A stretch of 46,627 nt of DNA from Comamonadaceae bacterium (lineage in GTDB: Bacteria; Pseudomonadota; Gammaproteobacteria; Burkholderiales; Burkholderiaceae_C). Position 1 is the first letter of the stretch. Each line of letters opens with the position of its first letter. Below are positions 36,971 through 46,627 of this stretch, one piece after another. Made by a program: the position numbers and the translations under genes. Below the pieces are notes generated by a model, which saw only the letters and a list, made by a program, of their open reading frames with translations, was not told the origin of the DNA and made no database searches. Location: positions 1 to 46,627 of the forward strand of contig CANHSE010000001.1 of assembly GCA_947463025.1 (NCBI GenBank), read 5' to 3'.

Positions 36971-39826
36971 ATGATTCCCGTGACCCAAGCCTCGCCCAAA
37001 ACCCAAGACGTTTCCTCCCTCGACGCGCTGACCGGCGGGGCCTTTTCGGCGCCCACCTCGGGCGAGCGTGTCGCCAAGCTTCGCACCTGGCTGGCCAGCG
37101 ACCCGGTCACCGAGGTGCTGCAAGAGGTGTATCGCGAACTGAGCAGCCGGGACAAGGGCGCAGCGCGCGTGCTGCGCGAGCGCCTGGACGAGGTCAAGCG
37201 CGCGCGGGGTCAGGAAGCCCTGGCGGCCGAATGGGCGGGCAAGGCCCAGGCCCTGCTCGATCCCCCCAAACTGAATCTGGCCGATGCCCTGGCCTGGCAG
37301 CGCGACGCGGCCAAGGCCGGCGCACCCCTGAGCCGCGAGCCTCTGGCTGCCCTGAAAGCCCAACTGGCCGAGCGGGTCAAAGGCATTGAGGACTTGCAGC
37401 ACCGGGTGCAGGTGCAGCGCGAAGCCGCCGTGCTGCTGGCGCAACGCATCGAGGTGCTGTCTCTCAAATCCTGGCGCGACGCCATCGTCGCGGCCGAATC
37501 GCTGCGCGCCGATGTGCCCCAGTGGCAGGTCCAGGCGAAGTCCCTGACCGACGACGCGGGCTGGCCCAGCATCGATGCGCGCTTCCCGCCGCTGCTCGAC
37601 GCATCGCGCCAGCAACTGCAGCTGGTCTGGGATGCCTTCCAGTCGGCGCTGGCCCAGGCCACCGCCGCCGATACCGATGCCGCCGCGCCGCTGCCGCCGG
37701 TGCCCGCCTGGGCCGACGAGCTGCGGGCCGCGCGGGGTTTGCCCGTCGAGGCGCCGGCGCGGACACCGAGGCCGGCCCCTGACCCGCAGGCGCGCGCCGC
37801 CGCCAACGAAGCCGTGCGCGCCGCGCTGGCCAAGCTCGAACAGGAAGTCGCGCAGGGCCATGGCAAGGCCAGCGCCGGGGCGGCCGCTGCCCTGCGCCAG
37901 GCCCTCAAGGAACACGGCAAGCGCGTCGACGCCGCACTCGATCAGCAGGCGCATGCCGCGCTGGCCGCGGCCGGTGAATTGGAAGGCTGGCAGCGCTGGC
38001 GCGCCGACCAGCTGCGACAGGAGCTGGTGGCCAAGGCCGAGGCGCTGTTCGAGGCGGCGTCGCCCCGCGCAGCGCCTGCAGGTGCGTCTGCAGGTGCGCC
38101 TGTGGCTGCCGCCGAGGCGAGCGATGCCGCTGCGGCGCAGGCTGCGCCTCAAGCGCCTGCGGCTTCACCCGCGCCCGAGCTGGCGCCTGAGCCCGCCGCG
38201 CCTGCGGCCCGCAAGCCCCGCTTCGGCGGTCGCAAGATGCAGGAGCAGCTGCGCGCGCTGCGCGAGCAGTGGAAACAGCTGGATCAGGGCGGCGCCCCCA
38301 ACCACGCCCTGTGGAAGCGATTTGACGAGGCCTGCAACGAGGCCTACAAGGTGGTCGAGGTCTGGCTGGACAAGGTCAAGTCCGAGGCCGCCGAGCACCG
38401 CGCCCGTCGCGTCGCGCTGATCGACGAGGTGCGCGCCTTTGCGGCCGCCCACCCCAGCGCCGCCAACGGCGACTGGAAAGGCTTTGCCCGCGCGATCCAC
38501 CAGTTCGAGTCGCGCTGGCGTGAGGCGGGCCATCTGAGCGAGAAGGCCTATGCCGAGATGCAGGCCACGTGGAAGCAGGCGCTGAACGCCGCGCAGGCGC
38601 CCTTGGTGGCCGTCCAGAAGCAAAGCCTGGAGCGCCGCCACGCCATGATCGACGAGGCCGGCGCGCTGGGTGCGGCGCCGCAGCTGCGTATCGACGCGGT
38701 CAAGGCCTTGCAACAGCGCTGGCAGGCCGAAGCCCAGGCCGTGCCGCTGGATCGCAAGCACGAACAGAAACTGTGGGATGCCTTCCGCAAGCCCATCGAC
38801 GATGCGTTTAACCGCAAGGGGCAGGAGCGTGAACGCGCAGCCTCGGCGCTGAGCGAACACGATCGCGTGGTGCTGGAGGCCTCCCGCGCGGTCGAGGCCG
38901 CCAACGCCAGCGGCGACGCCCAGAAAATCCGCGCCGCGCTGTCGGCGCTGGAGGCCGCCTTGCGCGGTCAGGCGCAAGCGCGCGACGCGGCGGCTCAGGC
39001 CGATGCACAGGGCGCAGTGCTTGCTGCGGCGACAGCGACGACCCCGGCAACCCCAGAGGGGGCTACGTCAGACGCTGCCCAGGCCGCGGAACCTGCGGCA
39101 GGCAGCGAGACGACCGAGAGCGCAGCGCCCGTACCTGCGCCCAAGCCCGCCCCCAAACCCGTCGTGGCGCGGCGTGGCGATGACCGTCCTGGCATGAAGC
39201 GCGACGAACCCGTGCCCGCGGGCCGTGGCGGGCGTGCGGGCGATCGCAAGCCGGGCGCACCCGGCGCACGTTTTGGCGATCGTGATGGCGGTCGCGGGCC
39301 AGGCGGTCCCGGCGGTCGTGGCCGTCCGGGTGAGCGTGGCGATCGGGGCGAGCGCGAAGACCGCGGCCCGCGTCTGGGCGATGTGGCGTTTCGCGCGCAG
39401 CGCGACGCGATGGAACATGCCCAGTCGGCCCTGCGCAAGCTGGCAGCCCAGGCCCATGGCGAAGCGCTCACGCAGCTGCTCGCCGCCTGGGAGCAGCGCG
39501 CGGGCGATCAGGTCCCGTCTCAGAGCGAATTGGGCAAGGCGGTGACGCCGGCCGTTCGCAGTGGCTGGGTGCAGGCCATTGGCGCGGCGCCCTCGGGTGA
39601 TCCTACCGAGGCCTTGCTGCGATTGGAGATGGCCTCGGGCGTGCCCACGCCCGCCGAGCATCTGAACGCACGTCGCGCCTTGCAGCTGCAACTGCTCACG
39701 CGCCGGCACGATCCCGCGCCCGATCAGACCTGGGGGCAGGATGCGGCCCGCGTGTTCGCCAGTGCGCATCAGGGGGCAGTGGCGCGTCGCCTGCAAGGCG
39801 TACTCAAGGCCTTGCTGCGGGCTTGA
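36971..39826 (+). CDS. Large helical DUF349-domain protein
   Basis: WQRWRADQLR followed by repeated LREQWKQL..ALWKRFDEAC, RWREAG and WQAEA..LWDAFRKPID units typical of DUF349. C-terminal LLRLEMA..P..RRALQLQLL. Start uncertain (36971 or 36980). Confidence 0.8.
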   Translation: MIPVTQASPKTQDVSSLDALTGGAFSAPTSGERVAKLRTWLASDPVTEVLQEVYRELSSRDKGAARVLRERLDEVKRARGQEALAAEWAGKAQALLDPPKLNLADALAWQRDAAKAGAPLSREPLAALKAQLAERVKGIEDLQHRVQVQREAAVLLAQRIEVLSLKSWRDAIVAAESLRADVPQWQVQAKSLTDDAGWPSIDARFPPLLDASRQQLQLVWDAFQSALAQATAADTDAAAPLPPVPAWADELRAARGLPVEAPARTPRPAPDPQARAAANEAVRAALAKLEQEVAQGHGKASAGAAAALRQALKEHGKRVDAALDQQAHAALAAAGELEGWQRWRADQLRQELVAKAEALFEAASPRAAPAGASAGAPVAAAEASDAAAAQAAPQAPAASPAPELAPEPAAPAARKPRFGGRKMQEQLRALREQWKQLDQGGAPNHALWKRFDEACNEAYKVVEVWLDKVKSEAAEHRARRVALIDEVRAFAAAHPSAANGDWKGFARAIHQFESRWREAGHLSEKAYAEMQATWKQALNAAQAPLVAVQKQSLERRHAMIDEAGALGAAPQLRIDAVKALQQRWQAEAQAVPLDRKHEQKLWDAFRKPIDDAFNRKGQERERAASALSEHDRVVLEASRAVEAANASGDAQKIRAALSALEAALRGQAQARDAAAQADAQGAVLAAATATTPATPEGATSDAAQAAEPAAGSETTESAAPVPAPKPAPKPVVARRGDDRPGMKRDEPVPAGRGGRAGDRKPGAPGARFGDRDGGRGPGGPGGRGRPGERGDRGEREDRGPRLGDVAFRAQRDAMEHAQSALRKLAAQAHGEALTQLLAAWEQRAGDQVPSQSELGKAVTPAVRSGWVQAIGAAPSGDPTEALLRLEMASGVPTPAEHLNARRALQLQLLTRRHDPAPDQTWGQDAARVFASAHQGAVARRLQGVLKALLRA

Positions 39827-40568
39827 AGAAGCTGTCGAACAAGGGCACCAACTCGGGAAACTCGCGCGCGAAGCGTTCGCGCTGCACGAAGTAGCCCTCG
39901 CAGGCCACGGCGAAGAATTCGTCGATGGCCTGCGCCCCATACGGGTCCAGCCAGGTGGGCTCGCCGCCAAAGCGCTCGGCCACGATCACCCGCTCGCGAA
40001 ACGCTTCGTAGGCGCGAGTCAGAACCTCCAGCCACGCTTGCCGCGCGGCGCGACTGCCCAGGGGCGGGCACCCATCGGCCTGGCCATCGCGCAGGTCCAG
40101 CTTGTGGACGAACTCGTGGATCACCACGTTGTAGCCGTCCTCAAAGCGCGTGCCGGCCTCGCGCACATCGTGCCAACTGAGCATCACCGGTCCCTGGTCC
40201 ATCGCCTCGCCGACGAGCCACTCGTCATAGGCATGGACCACGCCGGCCTCATCGACCTGGGTGCGCCGCGCCACCACCTCGCCCGGGTGAACCACGATGC
40301 CCACGAAATCGTCGTACCAGCCCAGGCCCAGGTGCAACACCGGCAGCACCGCCTGCGCTGCGATCGACAGCGCGATCTCGTCGGTGATCGTCAGGCCCTG
40401 GGCGCCATGAAATTCCTTGTCTTGCAAAAAGCGCGCGGCCAGCGTGCGCAGTGGCTCGCTTTCATCGCGGGGGCGCTGGGCCAGGAAGGGATAGGTGGCC
40501 AGAACCGACTGCCACAGGTCCTCGGGAATCGCAGGCGCCGCGCGGCGCTGGCGCCACCACCCGAACAT
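39804..40568 (-). CDS. Zinc metallopeptidase M90 (MtfA-like)
   Basis: GPVMLSW, NVVIHEFVHKLD (HExxH), DPYGA..EFFAVACE. Confidence 0.9.
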   Translation of the reverse strand: MFGWWRQRRAAPAIPEDLWQSVLATYPFLAQRPRDESEPLRTLAARFLQDKEFHGAQGLTITDEIALSIAAQAVLPVLHLGLGWYDDFVGIVVHPGEVVARRTQVDEAGVVHAYDEWLVGEAMDQGPVMLSWHDVREAGTRFEDGYNVVIHEFVHKLDLRDGQADGCPPLGSRAARQAWLEVLTRAYEAFRERVIVAERFGGEPTWLDPYGAQAIDEFFAVACEGYFVQRERFAREFPELVPLFDSFFKPAARP

Positions 40569-41350
40569 CAGGCGGGCAGGTCCAGGCGCTGGGCCTCGCC
40601 CGACGCGGTCAGACGCAGCACCTGCAGGCGCGCAGGCGTGGCACGCGCGTCCCAGTCGGACAGCACGATGCGTCGGCGACCCTCACCCAAATCATGTTGT
40701 GCCGGGCGATGCGTGTGGCCATGAATCATGATCGCTGTGTCGGCGGTGTCCAACCATTGGCGGGCCATCGCAGCGTCAACATCGGACGCATAGCCCGCCG
40801 CGTCATGGTGCATCGCGCTGGCCTCGCGCATCTGACGGGCCAGCGCCTCGCGCTCGGGCAGCGGGCGACGCAGGAAGTCTGATTGCCATTCGGGCGAGCG
40901 CACCTGCGCGCGAAAAGCGAGGTAGTCGGTGTCGGACAGGCACAGCGCGTCGCCGTGCGTGAGCAGCCAGCGCTGCGTACCCAGGGCCAGCACGGTCGGA
41001 TCTGCCATGAGCGTGAAGCCGCAGGCCCGCGCGAGTACGTCGCCAACAAGGAAGTCGCGGTTGCCGTGCAAGAAAAAGAGGGGGCGCCGGGCACTGGCCT
41101 CGCGCAGCACCTGGGCGCAGTCGGCGGAGAAGCCGGGTGTGTCGATGGCGTCATCGCCCACCCAGGCCTCGAACACATCCCCCAGGAGAAAGACCGCATC
41201 GGCGGTCGTGGTCTGCAGATGTCCGCGCCACGCCGCGAAGGTATCGAGATCGTCCGAGTGCAGGTGCAGGTCGGACAACAGGTCGACGCAGCGCCAATGC
41301 GCCCCGGCCTGCAGGACCGGGGGGGCAGCGGGCGCCTGCGCCTGGCCCAC
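40568..41350 (-). CDS. lpxH: UDP-2,3-diacylglucosamine diphosphatase
   Basis: SDLHL, LGDVFEAWVGDD, HGNRDFL, HGDALC, IHGHTHRP, VLSDW; follows ppiB. Confidence 0.93.
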   Translation of the reverse strand: MGQAQAPAAPPVLQAGAHWRCVDLLSDLHLHSDDLDTFAAWRGHLQTTTADAVFLLGDVFEAWVGDDAIDTPGFSADCAQVLREASARRPLFFLHGNRDFLVGDVLARACGFTLMADPTVLALGTQRWLLTHGDALCLSDTDYLAFRAQVRSPEWQSDFLRRPLPEREALARQMREASAMHHDAAGYASDVDAAMARQWLDTADTAIMIHGHTHRPAQHDLGEGRRRIVLSDWDARATPARLQVLRLTASGEAQRLDLPA

Positions 41351-41356
41351 GCCCGA

Positions 41357-41863
41357 TCAGGCCAGGACGGCCTTCTCGATCACGACGGCCTCTTGCGGGA
41401 CGTTCTGGTGAAAGCCGCTGTTGCCGGTCTTGACGCCTTCGATCTTGTCGACGATGTCGGTGCCCGCGACCACTTTGCCAAACACTGCATAGCCCCAGTT
41501 GCTGGCGCTGGGCGATTTGAAGTTCAGGAAGTCGTTGTCGGTGACGTTGATGAAAAACTGGGCGGTGGCCGAATGCGGGTCGTTGGTACGGGCCATGGCC
41601 ACCGTGTACTTGTTGTTCTTGAGGCCGTTGTCGGCTTCGTTGGTGATCGGCGCGTCGGTTTTCTTCTGCTGCATGCTGGTATCGAAGCCGCCGCCCTGAA
41701 CCATGAAGCCGGGGATGACGCGATGGAAGACGGTGCCGTCGTAGTGGCCCTTCTTCACATAGGCCAAGAAATTCTCGGTCGACTTGGGGGCCTTGTCGGC
41801 GTCGAGTTCAAGGGTGATGACGCCGTGTTGGGCGATGTGCAGTTCGACTTTGGGATGGCTCAT
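41357..41863 (-). CDS. ppiB: Cytoplasmic cyclophilin-type PPIase
   Basis: Start [44 protein letters not shown]. Confidence 0.93.
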   Translation of the reverse strand: MSHPKVELHIAQHGVITLELDADKAPKSTENFLAYVKKGHYDGTVFHRVIPGFMVQGGGFDTSMQQKKTDAPITNEADNGLKNNKYTVAMARTNDPHSATAQFFINVTDNDFLNFKSPSASNWGYAVFGKVVAGTDIVDKIEGVKTGNSGFHQNVPQEAVVIEKAVLA

Positions 41864-41886
41864 GGGGATTCCTGTGAGAGCGGAGT

Positions 41887-42513
41887 TCAACGAAGGATCG
41901 TGGCCGATTCGATGACCACGGGGGTTCGGGGCACGTCGGAGGGTAAGGGGCCAGCCGGCCCCGTGGGAATGGACTTGATGCGGTTGACGACTTCCATGCC
42001 GCCGATGACGCGGCCGAACACGGTGTAGCCATAGCCTTGCATCGTTGGCGCGGTGTGATCCAGGAAGGCGTTGTCTCGCACGTTGATGAAGAACTGTGCA
42101 GTGGCGGAGTTCGGGTCCATGGTGCGTGCCATCGCCAGGGTGCCATTGGTATTACGCAGGCCCTTGGCCTGGGCCTCGCGGCCTTCGTGGGCGATCGGGG
42201 CACGGGTGCGCTTTTGGGCAAAGCGCGTGTCGAAGCCGCCGCCCTGGATCATGAAGTTGTCGATCACGCGGTGAAAGATGGTGCCGTCGTAGTGCTTGTC
42301 ACGCACGTACTGAAGAAAGTTCTCGACCGTCTTGGGCGCGCTGTCGGGATAGACCTCGACGACGAACTCGCCCGCGGATGTCACGAAGCGCACACGGGGC
42401 GCGTCTTGGGCCGCTGCGGGCCCGGCGAGCAGGGTGGTGGCGGCCAGGGCGATGCCCAGGTGGCAGGTCAGGCGTCGGGTCGAGGACCAGAGGGTGCGAA
42501 AAGTCAGGGGCAT
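41887..42513 (-). CDS. ppiA: Periplasmic cyclophilin-type PPIase
   Basis: Signal peptide (..[10 protein letters not shown]). [27 protein letters not shown]. Confidence 0.9.
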   Translation of the reverse strand: MPLTFRTLWSSTRRLTCHLGIALAATTLLAGPAAAQDAPRVRFVTSAGEFVVEVYPDSAPKTVENFLQYVRDKHYDGTIFHRVIDNFMIQGGGFDTRFAQKRTRAPIAHEGREAQAKGLRNTNGTLAMARTMDPNSATAQFFINVRDNAFLDHTAPTMQGYGYTVFGRVIGGMEVVNRIKSIPTGPAGPLPSDVPRTPVVIESATILR

Positions 42514-42551
42514 GGGGCGTTAGGGTCGGGCGGCGAAGCGCAGGCTGGCTT

Positions 42552-43178
42552 TCAGCGAGGCGCGGTGCTTGGGGTGGAGGGGGTGCTGGCGGGCGGGCTG
42601 AATGGGGTGGCGGCTCGCGCGGGTGGCGTGGCCTCGATCAAGCCGCGTGCCGCAGCCAGCTTCGGACCTACCGAGGTCAGGCCAGGCTCGAGTTGGCGTG
42701 CGCGCGTCCAAGACTGTGCAGCCAGGCGCAGGAGGATGTCGCCCAGGTTCTCGTGGGCGGTGGCGTAGGTCGGGTTATTGCGGATCGCGGCTTCGAGCGC
42801 GGCGCGAGCGGGCTCGAGCTGATTCTGGATGGCGTAGAGCGCCGCGAGGTTGTTGTGCGGCTCGGCCAGCTCCGGGTATTCCTGTGTGAGCTGCTGGTAG
42901 GCGGCGATGGCGTCGGCGGTGCGGCCGGCGTTGGCCAGCGCCTGAGCGCGCAGGAACTGCATCTGCGGATCGCGCGGGCGCGTGGCCAGGTATTGGTCGG
43001 CTCGGGCCAGGGCGTCGGCGGTACGGCCGTTACGCAGCATCTGCAGCACCGGCGCGTAATCATCGACGGCATACGCTGGCTGCCAGGGTACCAAGACACC
43101 CAGGGCCAGCGACAGCGTCATGGCCATGAGCGCGTGGCGGGAACGTGCATCAGCGTGTGGGCGGCGGCTGGCAGGCAT
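42552..43178 (-). CDS. Exported tetratricopeptide repeat protein
   Basis: Hydrophobic signal ending AYA; TPR motifs [15 protein letters not shown] and [14 protein letters not shown]; Pro/Ser/Thr tail. Start uncertain. Confidence 0.85.
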   Translation of the reverse strand: MPASRRPHADARSRHALMAMTLSLALGVLVPWQPAYAVDDYAPVLQMLRNGRTADALARADQYLATRPRDPQMQFLRAQALANAGRTADAIAAYQQLTQEYPELAEPHNNLAALYAIQNQLEPARAALEAAIRNNPTYATAHENLGDILLRLAAQSWTRARQLEPGLTSVGPKLAAARGLIEATPPARAATPFSPPASTPSTPSTAPR

Positions 43179-43226
43179 CGTATGTGGGTCTCGGCGCAGG
43201 TACTCGGGCCGCTCTGGCGTGGGCGA

Positions 43227-43245
43227 TATACTGCGGGCGATTGTA
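43227..43245. promoter_or_regulatory. Closely spaced bidirectional -10 elements (TATACT plus, for cysS; TACAAT minus, for the TPR-ppi operon)
   Basis: TATACT at 43227-43232 and ATTGTA at 43240-43245 in the divergent gap. Confidence 0.5.
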
Positions 43246-43355
43246 GCCGTGGCCCCTGCGAGGAGGCCGCCGCCCGCTCCCAATCGCCCACCGATCCCCA
43301 TGACATCTCATGCCCGCCCTCTTGCGAGCTGCGCTTTGACGGCCGGGCCGCGTCC

Positions 43356-44732
43356 ATGAGCCTGCGTATCTACAACACGCTCGCGCGTGCCATTGAGCCG
43401 TTCGCTCCCCTGGAGCCGGGCCATGTGCGCCTGTACGTGTGCGGCATCACGGTCTATGACCTGTGCCATGTGGGGCATGCCCGTGCCAACGTGGCCTTCG
43501 ATGTGGTGCAGCGTTGGCTCAAGGCGTCGGGTTTGCGCGTGACCTTTGTTCGCAACATCACCGACATCGACGACAAGATCATTCGCCGCGCCCTCGAAAA
43601 CGGCGAGACGGTGCGGGGCCTGACCGACCGCATGATTGGCGAGATGTACCGCGACTTCGACGCGCTGGGCATCGAGCGCCCCACCCACGACCCGCGCGCC
43701 ACCGACTACGTGCCGCAGATGCTGGACATCGTGCGCCAGCTAGAAGGCAAGCAACTGGCCTATCGCACGCCCTCGGGCGATGTGAACTACGCGGTGCGGC
43801 GCTTTCCGGGTTACGGCAAGCTCTCGGGCAAGTCGCTGGACGAACTGCACGCCGGCGAGCGCGTGGCGGTGCAAGAGGGTAAGGACGACCCGCTGGACTT
43901 TGTGTTGTGGAAAGCGGCCAAACCCACCGAGCCTGCCGACGCGCAGTGGGACAGCCCCTACGGACGCGGCCGGCCCGGCTGGCACATCGAGTGCTCGGCG
44001 ATGTCCTGCGCCTTGCTAGGCGACACCTTCGACATCCACGGCGGCGGCGCCGACCTGACTTTCCCGCACCACGAAAACGAGATCGCCCAGAGCGAGGGCG
44101 CCAGCGGCCAGCCCCTGGCGCGGGTGTGGATGCACAACGGCTTTGTCAACATCGACAACGAGAAGATGTCCAAGTCGCTGGGCAACTTCTTCACCATTCG
44201 CGACGTCCTCAAGACATACGACGCCGAGACGGTGCGCTTTTTCATCGTGCGCGCGCATTACCGCAGCCCGCTCAATTACAGCGACGTCCACCTGGATGAC
44301 GCGCGGGGCGCCCTCAAGCGCCTGTACACCGCACTCGATGCGGTGGCGCCAGCCGATGTTGCCGTCGACTGGGCCGATCCCCATGCGGCCCGCTTCAGGG
44401 CCGCCATGGACAACGACTTCGGCACGCCCGAGGCGGTGGCGGTGCTGTTTGACCTGGCCGGTGAAGTCAATCGCACACGATCGCCCCAGCAGGCGGGTTT
44501 GCTGCGGGCGTTGGGCGGCTGCATGGGGCTGCTGCAAGGCGACCCGCGCGCCTTCTTGCGCAGTGGCGCCGTGCTGGATGAAGCCACCATCGCCGATCGC
44601 ATCGCGCAGCGCGCCGACGCGAAGCAGCGCCGCGACTTCGCCGCCGCCGATCGCATCCGCGCCGACTTGCTCGCGCAGGGCGTGGTCCTGAAGGACTCGC
44701 CCACCGGCACGACCTGGGAGGCGGGAGCATGA
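43356..44732 (+). CDS. cysS: Cysteine--tRNA ligase
   Basis: [24 protein letters not shown] (HIGH-like), [35 protein letters not shown]. Confidence 0.98.
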   Translation: MSLRIYNTLARAIEPFAPLEPGHVRLYVCGITVYDLCHVGHARANVAFDVVQRWLKASGLRVTFVRNITDIDDKIIRRALENGETVRGLTDRMIGEMYRDFDALGIERPTHDPRATDYVPQMLDIVRQLEGKQLAYRTPSGDVNYAVRRFPGYGKLSGKSLDELHAGERVAVQEGKDDPLDFVLWKAAKPTEPADAQWDSPYGRGRPGWHIECSAMSCALLGDTFDIHGGGADLTFPHHENEIAQSEGASGQPLARVWMHNGFVNIDNEKMSKSLGNFFTIRDVLKTYDAETVRFFIVRAHYRSPLNYSDVHLDDARGALKRLYTALDAVAPADVAVDWADPHAARFRAAMDNDFGTPEAVAVLFDLAGEVNRTRSPQQAGLLRALGGCMGLLQGDPRAFLRSGAVLDEATIADRIAQRADAKQRRDFAAADRIRADLLAQGVVLKDSPTGTTWEAGA

Positions 44733-44818
44733 TGCGCCCCCACGTCAGCCCACTGCGTGTGGCTTCCTGCCCCCCGAGGGGGCCTTCGCGCCTTGGGGCG
44801 GCCCGGTGGCGCTCATGA
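44728..44818. repeat. Hairpin-rich miniature element flanked by CATGA direct repeats, encoding a 29-aa bridging ORF
   Basis: CATGA at 44728-44732 and 44814-44818, GCGCC/GGCGC ends, three short stem-loops. Only one copy in this window, so its repeat status is inferred. Confidence 0.55.
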
Positions 44819-45456
44819 GCGACAGCGTCGTTGAACTGTCCTCGCCAGACTACTGGCAAGAGGCCTGCCGCCACCTGGCCCGCAAGGACCGTGTGATGAA
44901 GCGCCTCATCCCCGAGTTTGGCAACACCACGCTGCGCTCACGCGGCGATGCCTTCACCACGCTGGCGCGCAGCATCGTGGGGCAGCAGATCTCGGTGAAG
45001 GCGGCGCAGACGGTGTGGGACCGTTTCTCGGTCCTGCCTCGCAAGGTGACCCCTGGCAATGTGCTGCGTCTGAAAGTCGATGACATGCGCGCGGCAGGCC
45101 TGTCAGCGCGCAAGATCGAATACCTGGTGGACCTGGCCTTGCATTTCGACTCGGGCGCGATCCGCCCGAACGCCTGGCCCGAGATGGACGACGAGGCCAT
45201 CATCGCCGAGCTGGTCGGCATCCGCGGTATCGGCCGCTGGACCGCCGAGATGCTGCTGATTTTTCATTTGATGCGGCCCAACGTCCTTCCGTTGGACGAT
45301 ATCGGCCTGATCAACGGCATCAGCCGCAATTACTTTTCCGGCGATCCGGTCAGTCGTAGCGACGCGCGTGAGGTGGCCGCTGCCTGGGCCCCTTTCTGCA
45401 GCGTGGCGACTTGGTATATTTGGCGATCGCTCGACCCCTTGCCCGTGGAGTATTGA
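44815..45456 (+). CDS. DNA-3-methyladenine glycosylase, AlkA/HhH-GPD family
   Basis: [21 protein letters not shown], HhH motif [26 protein letters not shown]. Confidence 0.92.
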   Translation: MSDSVVELSSPDYWQEACRHLARKDRVMKRLIPEFGNTTLRSRGDAFTTLARSIVGQQISVKAAQTVWDRFSVLPRKVTPGNVLRLKVDDMRAAGLSARKIEYLVDLALHFDSGAIRPNAWPEMDDEAIIAELVGIRGIGRWTAEMLLIFHLMRPNVLPLDDIGLINGISRNYFSGDPVSRSDAREVAAAWAPFCSVATWYIWRSLDPLPVEY

Positions 45457-45484
45457 CGGGCTTGCGAGCTCTCAGGAGAACAAT

Positions 45485-46462
45485 TTGGCCAAGAAGACCT
45501 TTCTTGACTTCGAGCAGCCCATCGCGGAACTTGAGACCAAGATCGAGGAACTGCGCTACGTTCAAACGGAATCCGCCGTCGACATCTCCGACGAGATCGA
45601 TCAGCTGTCCAAGAAAAGTCTGCAGCTGACGAAGGACATCTACAGCGACCTCAATCCCTGGCAGATCACCAAGATCGCCCGCCACCCCGAGCGCCCCTAC
45701 ACGCTCGATTACCTCAGCGAAATCTTCACCGACTTCATCGAGCTGCACGGCGACCGCCATTTCGCCGACGACCTGTCCATCGTCGGCGGCCTCGCGCGCT
45801 TTAACGGCCAGGCTTGCATGGTGCTCGGTCACCAAAAGGGCCGCGACACCAAAGAGCGGGGCCTGCGCAATTTCGGCATGAGCCGACCCGAGGGCTACCG
45901 CAAGGCCCTGCGCCTGATGAAGACCGCCGAGAAATTCAAGCTGCCGGTCTTCACCTTTGTCGACACGCCCGGCGCCTATCCGGGCATCGATGCCGAGGAG
46001 CGTGGCCAATCCGAAGCCATTGGCCGCAACATCTTCGAGATGGCGCAGCTGCAGGTTCCGATCATCACCACCGTGATCGGCGAGGGCGGCTCTGGCGGTG
46101 CGCTGGCCATCTCCGTGGCCGATCAGGTGCTGATGCTCCAGTACTCGGTGTACTCCGTGATCAGCCCCGAGGGCTGCGCCTCCATCCTCTGGAAAACCTC
46201 AGACAAGGCGCAAGACGCGGCCGAGGCCATGGGCATCACCGCGCATCGCCTCAAGGCCCTGGGCCTGGTGGACAAGATCGTCAACGAGCCGGTGGGCGGC
46301 GCCCATCGCGACCCCAAGCAGATGGCGGCCTTCCTCAAGCGCGCCCTGAATGACGCCTGGCGCCAGCTGAGTGATCTGAAGCCGCGCGAGCTGCAGGATC
46401 GGCGCTACGAGCGGCTGCAAAGCTATGGCCGCTTCAGCGACACCAAGGCCGACAGCCGCTGA
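45485..46462 (+). CDS. accA: Acetyl-CoA carboxylase carboxyltransferase alpha subunit
   Basis: TTG start after [50 protein letters not shown]. Confidence 0.98.
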   Translation: MAKKTFLDFEQPIAELETKIEELRYVQTESAVDISDEIDQLSKKSLQLTKDIYSDLNPWQITKIARHPERPYTLDYLSEIFTDFIELHGDRHFADDLSIVGGLARFNGQACMVLGHQKGRDTKERGLRNFGMSRPEGYRKALRLMKTAEKFKLPVFTFVDTPGAYPGIDAEERGQSEAIGRNIFEMAQLQVPIITTVIGEGGSGGALAISVADQVLMLQYSVYSVISPEGCASILWKTSDKAQDAAEAMGITAHRLKALGLVDKIVNEPVGGAHRDPKQMAAFLKRALNDAWRQLSDLKPRELQDRRYERLQSYGRFSDTKADSR

Positions 46463-46627
46463 CCCGAGCGCCGGCGGGCTGCTGCCCCTCACGGCCTCGC
46501 TGCTGCGACGGCCTGCTCCCGAGTTCCCCCTGGCCATTGCCTTCAGTGGCGGCGCCGATTCCACCGCCTTGCTCGTGGCGGCGCAGCGCGCCTGGCCGGG
46601 GCGTATCGCCGCCATCCACATTCACCA
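46425..46627 (+). CDS. tilS: tRNA(Ile)-lysidine synthetase, 5' part (runs off the window)
   Basis: Frame MAASATPRP...[15 protein letters not shown]...AAIHIH(H) contains the PP-loop SGGxDS motif; canonical position after accA. Not in the ORF track; start uncertain. Confidence 0.9.
   Translation, partial: MAASATPRPTAADPSAGGLLPLTASLLRRPAPEFPLAIAFSGGADSTALLVAAQRAWPGRIAAIHIH

Noticed and set aside
42378-43355. Apparent ~325-aa N-terminal extension of CysS
   Set aside because: It is antisense to the ppiA and TPR genes; CysS homology begins at MSLRIYNTL (43356).
1-46627. Prophage, IS, integrase, defence system, CRISPR, tRNA or rRNA
   Set aside because: Essentially all sequence is accounted for by housekeeping genes and short gaps; no such signatures were seen.

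Overview
High-GC betaproteobacterial core-chromosome segment (Burkholderiales, probably Comamonadaceae, judged by gene order and protein style). It is densely packed with about 46 recognisable genes. In order: a 5'-truncated alpha-E (DUF403) gene, a FrnE/DsbA gene, gcvT-H-P under a tandem glycine riboswitch, ETF:ubiquinone oxidoreductase, an SDR and a thioesterase, an AhpD-like gene, a PAS-LuxR regulator divergent from a 3-oxoacid CoA-transferase A/B pair, TRAP dctQM without dctP, trhO and dnaE. Then a ~17 kb minus-strand run (ZTP riboswitch-glyA-nrdR-fimT/pilV/W/X/Y1/E-ribD/riboflavin synthase/ribBX/ribH-nusB-aminotransferase-ybgC-tolQRA), an SLT transglycosylase, a large DUF349 protein, mtfA-like, lpxH, two cyclophilins, a TPR gene, cysS, an AlkA-family glycosylase, accA and the start of tilS. 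I found no tRNA, rRNA, CRISPR, transposase, integrase or phage genes, and no clearly novel multi-gene system. The most unusual signal is an ~81 bp hairpin-rich element between cysS and alkA. It is flanked by a CATGA direct repeat and reads as a 29-aa mini-ORF overlapping both neighbours by ATGA, which looks like an insertion into a stop/start overlap that preserves translational coupling. Other points of interest: riboswitches with extra hairpins, a degenerate GTP cyclohydrolase II domain, a candidate PAS-LuxR operator, several apparently leaderless genes and an RG-rich disordered tract in DUF349. All calls rest on motif recognition by eye; no searches were run.
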